Below are positions 20,199 through 28,132 of a DNA stretch of 48,290 nucleotides, piece after piece. Each line of letters opens with the position of its first letter. Position 1 is the first letter of the stretch. The stretch comes from Candidatus Heimdallarchaeota archaeon. GTDB taxonomy: Archaea; Asgardarchaeota; Heimdallarchaeia; Heimdallarchaeales; Heimdallarchaeaceae. The translations under genes and the position numbers were made by a program. The stretch covers positions 1 to 48,290 of the forward strand of contig JAHLWR010000026.1 in the NCBI GenBank assembly GCA_019057815.1, in the 5' to 3' direction. The notes beneath the pieces were generated by a model. That model was not told the DNA's origin, ran no database searches, and worked only from the letters and a program-made list of their open reading frames with translations.

Positions 20199-20795
20199 AT
20201 GGAACACTATTTGACTACTCCAATTTCCCCAGAGGATCTAACAACAATCAAGATAGGGGATATAGTGTACATAACGGGAACAATAATTACAGCTCGAGAT
20301 GAAGCTCATTTAGAAGCTTTGAATCTTCATAAAGAAGGTAAAAAACCTCCAGTTGATTTTCAAGGTAATGGACTTTTTCACTGTGGTCCTGTTATGAAGA
20401 AAAATGCGCAAGGCGAATGGACTGTTGTAGCAGCTGGTCCTACTACTTCAGCTCGTATGGAAATCTTCCAAGATGAATTCATCAAGGTTTTTCACCCAGG
20501 AATCATTATCGGTAAGGGTGGTATGGGAGAACGAACAACAAAAGCATGTCAAGAAGAAAAATGTATTTATGGCTACTTTACAGGTGGAGCAGCATTACTC
20601 GCTGCTGATAGAATTACCAAAGTAAGAGATGTCTTCTGGTTTGAAGAACTAGGAATGCCAGAATGTCTATGGCTATTCGAAGTTGAAAACTTTGGTCCTT
20701 TAACTGTAACTATCGATACTCATGGTGGAAATTTGACTGAACAAATCAAAAGAAAGATAGAACAAAATAAAGACAAGATTTTGCAAAATTTGTAA
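20199..20795 (+). CDS. Fe-S hydro-lyase (fumarate hydratase/tartrate dehydratase) beta subunit
   Basis: 'TARDEAH', 'HCGP', 'GPTTSARM', 'GKGGM', 'LGMPE', 'IDTHG'. Confidence 0.93.
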   Translation: MEHYLTTPISPEDLTTIKIGDIVYITGTIITARDEAHLEALNLHKEGKKPPVDFQGNGLFHCGPVMKKNAQGEWTVVAAGPTTSARMEIFQDEFIKVFHPGIIIGKGGMGERTTKACQEEKCIYGYFTGGAALLAADRITKVRDVFWFEELGMPECLWLFEVENFGPLTVTIDTHGGNLTEQIKRKIEQNKDKILQNL

Positions 20796-20813
20796 AAGAA
20801 AAATCTTGTCTTT
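20769..20813. repeat. perfect 14-bp inverted repeat spanning the beta-subunit stop codon (possible terminator or element end structure)
   Basis: AAAGACAAGATTTT (20769-20782) / AAAATCTTGTCTTT (20800-20813). Confidence 0.75.
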
Positions 20814-20923
20814 CTCACTTTATATTTCATAAATCTTAATCGCTTTCTACATCCCCTTAATTAGTATTGTATTTTTCACTAGTTTTTAAATCAATTTAAA
20901 CATAATATTATGAAGTTATTATA

Positions 20924-23761
20924 ATGAATACAAATACAAGGACAAATGAAAGTCAAGATCATAAACAGATAGAGTTGGATGTTTTGTATAAGAAAATAGA
21001 GGAAGAATTAAAGAAGATTAAACAAGTAAAAAAACAAATACAACAATTAATGTCACAAACACAATTAAGTAAAAAGAAACAAAGATTTCCTGTTCTTAAT
21101 AATTCAGAAATTGAGGAGCTTAATAAACATAGTCTAGATAAGAAACTAGAGCAAAAACGAGAATTTAGTATGGAAACTAAAAAACGAAATAATTTAGACT
21201 TTGTAAATAGTAGATTTGCTATACAAAACAATCTAATGGAAAACGAAAACCAACTTAAGAAGGTTCTAATTTCACGTCTAAAAGAGAGCATTGAAAATTC
21301 AAAACACCTCAGAAATGATGTAAAAAATTTGCATGGAAAATCAGAAATTAGTTGTAGTAGGTGGGCTAATTATCTCATTAATGATATTGAAAGTCTTAAC
21401 AAGATTTTTGGTCCAATTAATCAAAATGGAAAAAGAAATGTAAATGAGCTTGGAATACATCTATTAAAGGATTTCAATGATTCAAAAAAAGAAAACCATC
21501 AAAAGTTTCAGAAAACTGCTGTTTCTTCCGGCTTAAAACAATTTTCAACACCTCTTGAACCTTCAGAATCTGATTCATATGTGAGAGTACTATTGACTAA
21601 ATTTGGAGTTAAAGGAATTACAAGTACTCATACTGCAGAGAGTTTTCTAAAGGCTCAAATTAAACTAAACTTCGAAGAAGATAAAATGCGACGGTTTTGG
21701 AATATCAATGGAGTTCCATTAAAGCTGGATAAGGTATTAATAAGAGGATTAAAAGGAAAATTTTCCAGTTCAAATGGATTTGATGACTTAATGTTAGGAG
21801 TAATTGGAAAAGGAAAATCTGCAAAATATGATCTTAGGACAGTAGAAATGAAAGTAGGGGAAGATTTGGGTGGTTTTTTTGACTATATTAGAACAAGCAA
21901 AAATAGCAAATTTAATACACAAATATCTGAGGATATTGATTCATTTTTGACTGTAAAATGTAAGAAACTTTCGAAATTAAAAATTAACTTTATGAGAGTA
22001 CATGATATAGTGGTAGCTTTAAATAACAAATATTTGTTTACAACCTCTGGTGTTGGTTTTAATTTTAATATAAAAATTAAATCGGGAAATTTACGGAATG
22101 CTCTGATAGATTCTGGGCTTCCCCAAACTACAATTAATAGAATCCTAAAAGGAGCTATAAGACAAAACCAATTAATTTCCTTAATTCAGCATGGTAATGC
22201 TCATAAATTAGCAACAAAAAACGGATATTTCACTGTTGCAGATGAAGCTGTCCAGGAAATAGAACTTAAAATAAAAACTAGAATAAATAACAATGATAGA
22301 TTTGTATCCATCAAAGTACACCGAGATGCATTTCTACCAAACTTTGTAAAAACGAAAGATGGAACCATAAGACTAACACTAGAAGGTTTTGATTCAGTTC
22401 TTCAAAATATGAAAAAAACAGGAAAGCAATTATCTGATAAATACAAAACCTACTTAATGCTTAATTCTATCTTGAAAAGTGATTTAGATAAACTCTCTCC
22501 TTGTTTGATTCATGATGGTATATCTGAACATGAAGTAATCAAAAAATTAAGTGGCATGCAAAGAACTGCCTACTATGAAATAATGAAACTTAGTCAAAGA
22601 GGGAGTATTAAGGAATTTTTAGTTTTTAATTGTGGGATGATGTTTCATTGTCTTGAGACTCTAAATAATTTAGGACAAAAAACCTTTGATAAATTACATA
22701 AATACTTCGAAAGTAAAAGTGTTGTGCCATATAAATTTCATCAGCATTGGGAGTGTTCTTACTCACTTGAGAATATTTTCAAAAGAATTCACATAACAGA
22801 TAATTCTCATTCTTTTAATGGTTGGAGTAAATTAAAAACAAAATTTTTTGGAAATCTCTTAACAAGTGATAGTGTAAATGTTGAAACTGAAGAAGAAATT
22901 TGGCAATATTACTTAGATAATCCAAATTGGATACAGAAAATATTAAGAGATTTGACACCACCATATAAAATACCTGATGGTTTTAATCTAAATCATAAAT
23001 CAAATTTGGTTCACCCTCTAATTTTCTTTGATAGAAAAACAATGAACCCTGTTGAAGTTGTAGGCTATAATGAAAGATTGCCTTGGTTAGGTGTTAAATT
23101 GGATTTGAATCAATATATTAAAACTAATAAAACTATGAACAAAATGCTTTTACAATTTCCAATAAAAATCAATGTAAGAGGCGTTGAATTAAGTAACTCT
23201 AATAAGATAGTTGGTGCTTGGAAAAAACGACTGGTTCAATCTGGTATTCCAGTAGAACAAGTAAATTTTCTAGGATCTAAATATAATTTTAGAAAATCTG
23301 AAGGAGATTTCAGCATCAAACTTTTTTTTGCAATAGTATTTGAATACCAAAAAGTTTGGAGAGACTTTTTCTCTTGGATACTAGAATATATCCAAACCAT
23401 AGATGATTGGTCATTCGTTTTACCTAGTTCTATTGAACCTCGAAATGGGTTTAGAATTCGGGTTGTTGGAAAACAAGTTCAGTTTGATTATACGGATAAT
23501 GGAAATTGGAAAGAAGTACTTCTAGGAATTGGAACAAAACATGGTGATGATATTTGGAATATTAGAAAAGAAATAAATAGAACATTTATTCTCCCCATAC
23601 AAAATAATTTGTTTAGTAAACTGATAGATGACATTCAATTTCAAATATGGAAAGAAGTACTTAACTCTCCTCCGGGTATCTATTGCAGAAACATGGGATT
23701 TCATAGTTTCAAATTGGAAAGATATTTGATTCAGATCATTCGAGTTCTGATCGAAATCTAA
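20924..23761 (+). CDS. large hypothetical protein; N-terminal coiled coil, putative PD-(D/E)xK nuclease motif and XRE-like HTH
   Basis: 945-aa open frame. 'TAESFL...GFDDLML...VEMKVG' and 'SGLPQTTINRILKG'. The domain calls are motif-level only. Confidence 0.6.
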   Translation: MNTNTRTNESQDHKQIELDVLYKKIEEELKKIKQVKKQIQQLMSQTQLSKKKQRFPVLNNSEIEELNKHSLDKKLEQKREFSMETKKRNNLDFVNSRFAIQNNLMENENQLKKVLISRLKESIENSKHLRNDVKNLHGKSEISCSRWANYLINDIESLNKIFGPINQNGKRNVNELGIHLLKDFNDSKKENHQKFQKTAVSSGLKQFSTPLEPSESDSYVRVLLTKFGVKGITSTHTAESFLKAQIKLNFEEDKMRRFWNINGVPLKLDKVLIRGLKGKFSSSNGFDDLMLGVIGKGKSAKYDLRTVEMKVGEDLGGFFDYIRTSKNSKFNTQISEDIDSFLTVKCKKLSKLKINFMRVHDIVVALNNKYLFTTSGVGFNFNIKIKSGNLRNALIDSGLPQTTINRILKGAIRQNQLISLIQHGNAHKLATKNGYFTVADEAVQEIELKIKTRINNNDRFVSIKVHRDAFLPNFVKTKDGTIRLTLEGFDSVLQNMKKTGKQLSDKYKTYLMLNSILKSDLDKLSPCLIHDGISEHEVIKKLSGMQRTAYYEIMKLSQRGSIKEFLVFNCGMMFHCLETLNNLGQKTFDKLHKYFESKSVVPYKFHQHWECSYSLENIFKRIHITDNSHSFNGWSKLKTKFFGNLLTSDSVNVETEEEIWQYYLDNPNWIQKILRDLTPPYKIPDGFNLNHKSNLVHPLIFFDRKTMNPVEVVGYNERLPWLGVKLDLNQYIKTNKTMNKMLLQFPIKINVRGVELSNSNKIVGAWKKRLVQSGIPVEQVNFLGSKYNFRKSEGDFSIKLFFAIVFEYQKVWRDFFSWILEYIQTIDDWSFVLPSSIEPRNGFRIRVVGKQVQFDYTDNGNWKEVLLGIGTKHGDDIWNIRKEINRTFILPIQNNLFSKLIDDIQFQIWKEVLNSPPGIYCRNMGFHSFKLERYLIQIIRVLIEI

Positions 23762-23841
23762 TTATGATACACATTTGGAAAACTACAAGTATATATCATA
23801 AGATTTTAAACTTAATCATTTCTTGGGAACTTGTGGATTCA

Positions 23842-23979
23842 CCTGAATGTTTATGGGTTTATGAAGTAGAAAACTTCGGACCTTTAACTATTACAATCGA
23901 TATTCATGGTGGTAACCTTACTGAAGAAAGTATAAAAAACATCGCTAAAAATAAGGAGAAAATATTGAAGGAGTTGTAA
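23842..23979 (+). pseudogene. orphan duplicate 3' end (45 codons) of the hydro-lyase beta subunit
   Basis: PECLWVYEVENFGPLTITIDIHGGNLTE... is 31/45 aa identical and colinear (138 bp) with 20658-20795. Confidence 0.9.
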
Positions 23980-23982
23980 AAG

Positions 23983-24861
23983 ATGATAGATATAGCTCAA
24001 GTTATTGAAGATACAGCTGCTCAGTTATTAAAGATAGCAGCAACAAAATTACCAAGTGAAGTAAAAGAAACTTTATTGAAAGGAGAAGAAGAAACAGAGG
24101 GAACTTTAGGAAAATCACAAATGCATGCAATTAATGAGAATGTAAAACTTGCTGAAACACATAGTAAGCCTATGTGCCAAGATACAGGTCTAGTGTCTTT
24201 CTTTATAAAAATAGGCGATAAATTTCCATTACGATCAGAAGTTAAGACTGCCCTCATAAAAGCGACAAAGAAAGCAACTCCCAATATTCCTCTTAGACCT
24301 AATGCTGTAGATATGTTTAAAGGAAACACAAAAAACAATGTAGGGTTGAGAGGATATGTTCCTTGGTTCTACATAGACCTAGTAGAAGGAGATAATTTAG
24401 AGATAATCGCGATGCCAAAAGGTGGTGGTTCTTCTAATGTTGGAAAGATGAAAATGGTTCCACCAGGGAAAGGGATTAAGGGAGTTAAAGAGTTTGTAGT
24501 GGAAGCAACAGCAGCTGCTGGACCTCTTGCTTGTCCACCATATACAATAGGAGTAGGTGTTGGGGGTGGCGAAGATATGTGTATGAATCTCGCAAAAAAA
24601 TCACTTTTAAGACCATTATATCAGTATCATGAAGATGAGAAGATAGCTGAATTAGAAAAAGAATTGGTAAAAACTTTGAACAAATTAGAGATAGGTGCAA
24701 TGGGATTAGGTGAAGGACCTTCTGTTTTGGATGTTCATATGGAGTTTGCAGCTAGACATCCTGCATCTTTACCAGTTGGAGTCGTTATCTCCTGTTGGGC
24801 TTTAAGACACGCAGGTGCAACTATTGATAAAGAAGGAAATGTTGAGTGGCATCCACATTAA
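23983..24861 (+). CDS. Fe-S hydro-lyase (fumarate hydratase/tartrate dehydratase) alpha subunit
   Basis: 'PMCQDTG', 'LRPN', 'KGGGS', 'ACPP', 'HPAS', 'CWA.R'. Confidence 0.93.
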   Translation: MIDIAQVIEDTAAQLLKIAATKLPSEVKETLLKGEEETEGTLGKSQMHAINENVKLAETHSKPMCQDTGLVSFFIKIGDKFPLRSEVKTALIKATKKATPNIPLRPNAVDMFKGNTKNNVGLRGYVPWFYIDLVEGDNLEIIAMPKGGGSSNVGKMKMVPPGKGIKGVKEFVVEATAAAGPLACPPYTIGVGVGGGEDMCMNLAKKSLLRPLYQYHEDEKIAELEKELVKTLNKLEIGAMGLGEGPSVLDVHMEFAARHPASLPVGVVISCWALRHAGATIDKEGNVEWHPH

Positions 24862-24892
24862 TTTTTTATCAATTTTTTTCTCTTTTCAAGTA

Positions 24893-25360
24893 TTAATCAC
24901 CTAAATAAAGCTCGTGGTGACCTTTATACCATCCTTTCAGATATTTGGGTTTTAGTCTCAATATTGTGAAATCCGGATCTGTATAACCTTTTGGATAGTA
25001 CATCTCCCAATCATCGACCCAGATTTTTTCTTTTAACTCAATATCATCTAGAATTTCAGCATGTCCCTGTAACATTATTCCTTTTACTTCACTTGGAAGA
25101 GAATAGTAGATAGCTATATTGTTATTTTCCTTTATTTGTTTCATCTTTATTGAAGAAGTGTTTGTTGAGATATAAACAGTCAGGGGATTTTCCTCATATT
25201 CTTCAATTACTTCTGCTGGATGGGGAAACTTTTTAGAACACCTTAAATTGAAAATTGCTCTTATATGGGGAAAACCATTTCTATCAATAGTTGCAAGATA
25301 CGCAATGGAAGGTTTTGATAAAAGCTCTAGAGCTAAAATTTCAATATCTTTTATTGTCAT
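24893..25360 (-). CDS. pyridoxamine 5'-phosphate oxidase-like FMN-binding protein (general stress protein 26-like)
   Basis: 'LATID.NG.PHIR', 'STNTSS.K', 'W...W..YYP.G..DPD'. Confidence 0.8.
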   Translation of the reverse strand: MTIKDIEILALELLSKPSIAYLATIDRNGFPHIRAIFNLRCSKKFPHPAEVIEEYEENPLTVYISTNTSSIKMKQIKENNNIAIYYSLPSEVKGIMLQGHAEILDDIELKEKIWVDDWEMYYPKGYTDPDFTILRLKPKYLKGWYKGHHELYLGD

Positions 25361-25472
25361 GATAAACCTACAAGATTTTTTTATAAAAAGAAGCTTCTTG
25401 TTTCTAATAAAAAATATGATAGTGAAAAATAATAACCCAATAAATTTGTCAGATTTTAATTAAAAAATGCTG

Positions 25473-26417
25473 TTAATCAGAAAGAGCATATTTAGTGGTT
25501 GTATAGGTTTCTTTTATTTCGACTTTTCCATTATTATATTTAGTTGCAAATTGCCCACAATTTGTTCCAATCTCATTTTCTTCGTATTCCCCAAAACTTA
25601 TTTCAGCCTCAAATCCTCTTTTTATGAATTCTTGAACTAATGGAAAGAATTCTGAATTTTCTTCTGTTATGCCACTTTTTATTTTATTTGTTACAGCTTT
25701 GTTTGTTGGATTTATTGGAGTTAACTTAATCCAATATTTATCTGGGTTGAAATGTTTTCTTACAATTTCTGGATCTATCTCTGAATCTTCTGCAACTGCA
25801 AAATTAAGAGTTATTTTCCTATCTCCTTCTTTGAACCATTTTTCTCCGTATGACGCAATCTCACTTAGATTCCAAATCTTTGGAGAAATCCATTTCCTTC
25901 TCTTTTCATCACTTGTAGAATGAATTGAGAACTGAAGTTGGAATTTTCCTTTAGGATATAATTGATCTTTAATTGTTATCAATCTGTTAAAAAACTCTTC
26001 AGAATTTTTTGGTGCGACAGTACTAATACATGGCATTAATCCTGGAGCTTCATACTTCTTATACAACTCTTCAAGAACTTCTAGAACATTTTCGTTCAGA
26101 GCAGGTTCTCCCATTCTAGCAAATTGGACTTTAAATTTTTCAACTAGTACTTTTCCATCTGTGTAACGAGCTTTAACCATATAATCTATTTCCTCAAGCA
26201 TCTCTTCTTTTGATACTTTCCCGTGGAAATACTCTCCAGCATCACACATTAAACAGCCAATAGGACAACCGTACATTGTAGAGATGATTAGCACCCATTT
26301 TTTCTCCCTGGGGATGGGTGGTTGTAAACTCTCAACAAATTCTAGGACTTTGTCATCATTTTTGGCTACGTATAATATTGCTAAGTCCTCTTTTCCATAC
26401 TTACCTAGAAGTTCCAT
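25473..26417 (-). CDS. radical SAM protein, RlmN/Cfr-like
   Basis: 'GCPIGCLMC' (CxxxCxxC), 'RMGEP', 'QFSIH', C-terminal 'NCGQ'. Confidence 0.85.
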   Translation of the reverse strand: MELLGKYGKEDLAILYVAKNDDKVLEFVESLQPPIPREKKWVLIISTMYGCPIGCLMCDAGEYFHGKVSKEEMLEEIDYMVKARYTDGKVLVEKFKVQFARMGEPALNENVLEVLEELYKKYEAPGLMPCISTVAPKNSEEFFNRLITIKDQLYPKGKFQLQFSIHSTSDEKRRKWISPKIWNLSEIASYGEKWFKEGDRKITLNFAVAEDSEIDPEIVRKHFNPDKYWIKLTPINPTNKAVTNKIKSGITEENSEFFPLVQEFIKRGFEAEISFGEYEENEIGTNCGQFATKYNNGKVEIKETYTTTKYALSD

Positions 26418-27324
26418 TGTAATCTTCCTTAACTAATACCTTTTTTATTATTTCCATTGCTGCTTTCATTCCATCTCCCATTGCAATTGACACTTGTCGA
26501 AAATTGCCTGATTTTACATCTCCAATAAAGTAAAGACCTGAATCATCATTTGGATTTTTATATTGTTGCATACATTTAGAATCTAAGAAGCTGATATTTG
26601 GTTCTCTACCTATAGCTACAAGAATATAATTAGATGTAATTTGCTCTTCTCTTCCTTCATTTAAGATTGTTAAAATTATCTTATCATCTTCTATTTCTAC
26701 TTTCATTGGTTCTCTGTCTTTCAGAAATGTGATATTTTCTTGTTCTTTTACTCTCTCTTGCAGAACTGGTAGACTCTTTGTTTTCTGTTGTCTTTGTATA
26801 ATTGTTATAAGACCCATCGATTTACATAAATTGAGTGCGTAATCATAAGCAACGTCCCCACTTCCAATAATTGTTATTTTTTTATTAGCGATTATATTCG
26901 ATTTTAGGTTGAAGATTTCATAAAAAAGTAGATTCTTTTTCTTGGCTTTTTCTTCTCCCTTAACGTTTAATCTTTTTGGTTTAGACCCTGTTCCGATTAT
27001 AACTTGATCAGCTAATATTCTGCTTTTTGAAGTTATTATTTCATATTCATTCTTTAGTAAAGTAACTTTTTCGACTTCTTCTAAAATCACTTGAACATCA
27101 TTTTTTTCTAATTGTTTTTGAATCAATGTAACATAGTCTTCTCCACTAATTCCTTCAGGAAAACCAAGTAAATTCTCTATTAAGTTCGCATTTTTAATTG
27201 TCCCACCAATATTTTCGCTTAGGAGCGTGGGTTTCATATCTGAACGACTCAGTTGTATTGCTGCTGTAACACATGCTGGTCCCCCACCTATCAACACAAT
27301 CCTAGTTTTCTTATTCTCTTTCAT
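26401..27324 (-). CDS. thioredoxin-reductase-like FAD/NAD(P) oxidoreductase lacking CxxC
   Basis: 'IGGGPA', 'IGTGS', 'IGSGDVA', 'AIGREPN', 'IGDV...RQ...A.GDG'. 'FYEIFN' stands where TrxB has YCxxC. Confidence 0.8.
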   Translation of the reverse strand: MKENKKTRIVLIGGGPACVTAAIQLSRSDMKPTLLSENIGGTIKNANLIENLLGFPEGISGEDYVTLIQKQLEKNDVQVILEEVEKVTLLKNEYEIITSKSRILADQVIIGTGSKPKRLNVKGEEKAKKKNLLFYEIFNLKSNIIANKKITIIGSGDVAYDYALNLCKSMGLITIIQRQQKTKSLPVLQERVKEQENITFLKDREPMKVEIEDDKIILTILNEGREEQITSNYILVAIGREPNISFLDSKCMQQYKNPNDDSGLYFIGDVKSGNFRQVSIAMGDGMKAAMEIIKKVLVKEDYNGTSR

Positions 27325-27964
27325 TCAAAATCTCCTCCGAAGAAAGACATACACCAAAACCGTGTGAAACCGCTCTTATTGTTCCCAGATGAAGTTGTTC
27401 AGTATATGTTGCTGTAGCATCTACAATAAAAAAAGGTTCAAATCCCCGCATAAAAGCTTCCCTTAACGTTGTTTCGCAACAAAGATGAGACATCACTCCA
27501 GTAATCAAGACTTGACTAATTTCACTCTTATTTAACATATTTTCAAGTTCTGTATTCATAAATGCGCTATAATGATTCTTTATTATCTTAGTTCCTTGAT
27601 CAGCTTGTAACTCTTTGATGATTTCAGATTCTTTTTCATCGATTGAAATACTATCCCTCCACCATAATCTCATTAAGTCTTTTTCTTGACCGCTGGTAAC
27701 GTGTCTTGTAAAAATGATAGGTCTATCTAACAATGCCATTTTTTTGATGATTCTTTGTATAGGTTTAATTATGCATTGAACCGAAGGAATGAATGCATGG
27801 GAGTTGTAATCAGTAAAATAATTTTGCATGTCAAGCACTAAAAGAGCTGCTTTCATCAAATCCAATTTGAACATTTTCCGTGATTTGTGTATTTGGCTTT
27901 CTTTTAACCAATAATCAATTTTTTCCTTCCAATTTGATGATGTTAAATACAGTTCTTTTTGCAT
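27311..27964 (-). CDS. isochorismatase-family cysteine hydrolase
   Basis: 'LLVLDMQNYF', 'K..YSAF', 'GV.SHLCCETT.R.AF.RG' (D-K-C triad). Confidence 0.9.
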   Translation of the reverse strand: MQKELYLTSSNWKEKIDYWLKESQIHKSRKMFKLDLMKAALLVLDMQNYFTDYNSHAFIPSVQCIIKPIQRIIKKMALLDRPIIFTRHVTSGQEKDLMRLWWRDSISIDEKESEIIKELQADQGTKIIKNHYSAFMNTELENMLNKSEISQVLITGVMSHLCCETTLREAFMRGFEPFFIVDATATYTEQLHLGTIRAVSHGFGVCLSSEEILNERE

Positions 27965-28132
27965 ATAATCTGATTTATAGATAATCCATTATTGAAAGTT
28001 TTGTTATTAAGAAAATCCTCTATATAGATAAGAATCATATTATTGCAATGTACTGAAAATGGAAGAACAGTATATGAATACTGATAACCTTGCTGTTTTT
28101 ATGAGTTTATAAATGAAATTAAGTATTAAGTA

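Noticed and set aside
23764-23979. 71-aa ORF as an independent gene
   Set aside because: Only the last 45 codons are homologous to the beta subunit and the start looks fortuitous.
28005-28115. TGA-to-Trp recoding suggested by TGA-interrupted flanks
   Set aside because: TGA serves as a normal stop in many intact genes in the window, so pseudogene decay or chance is more likely.
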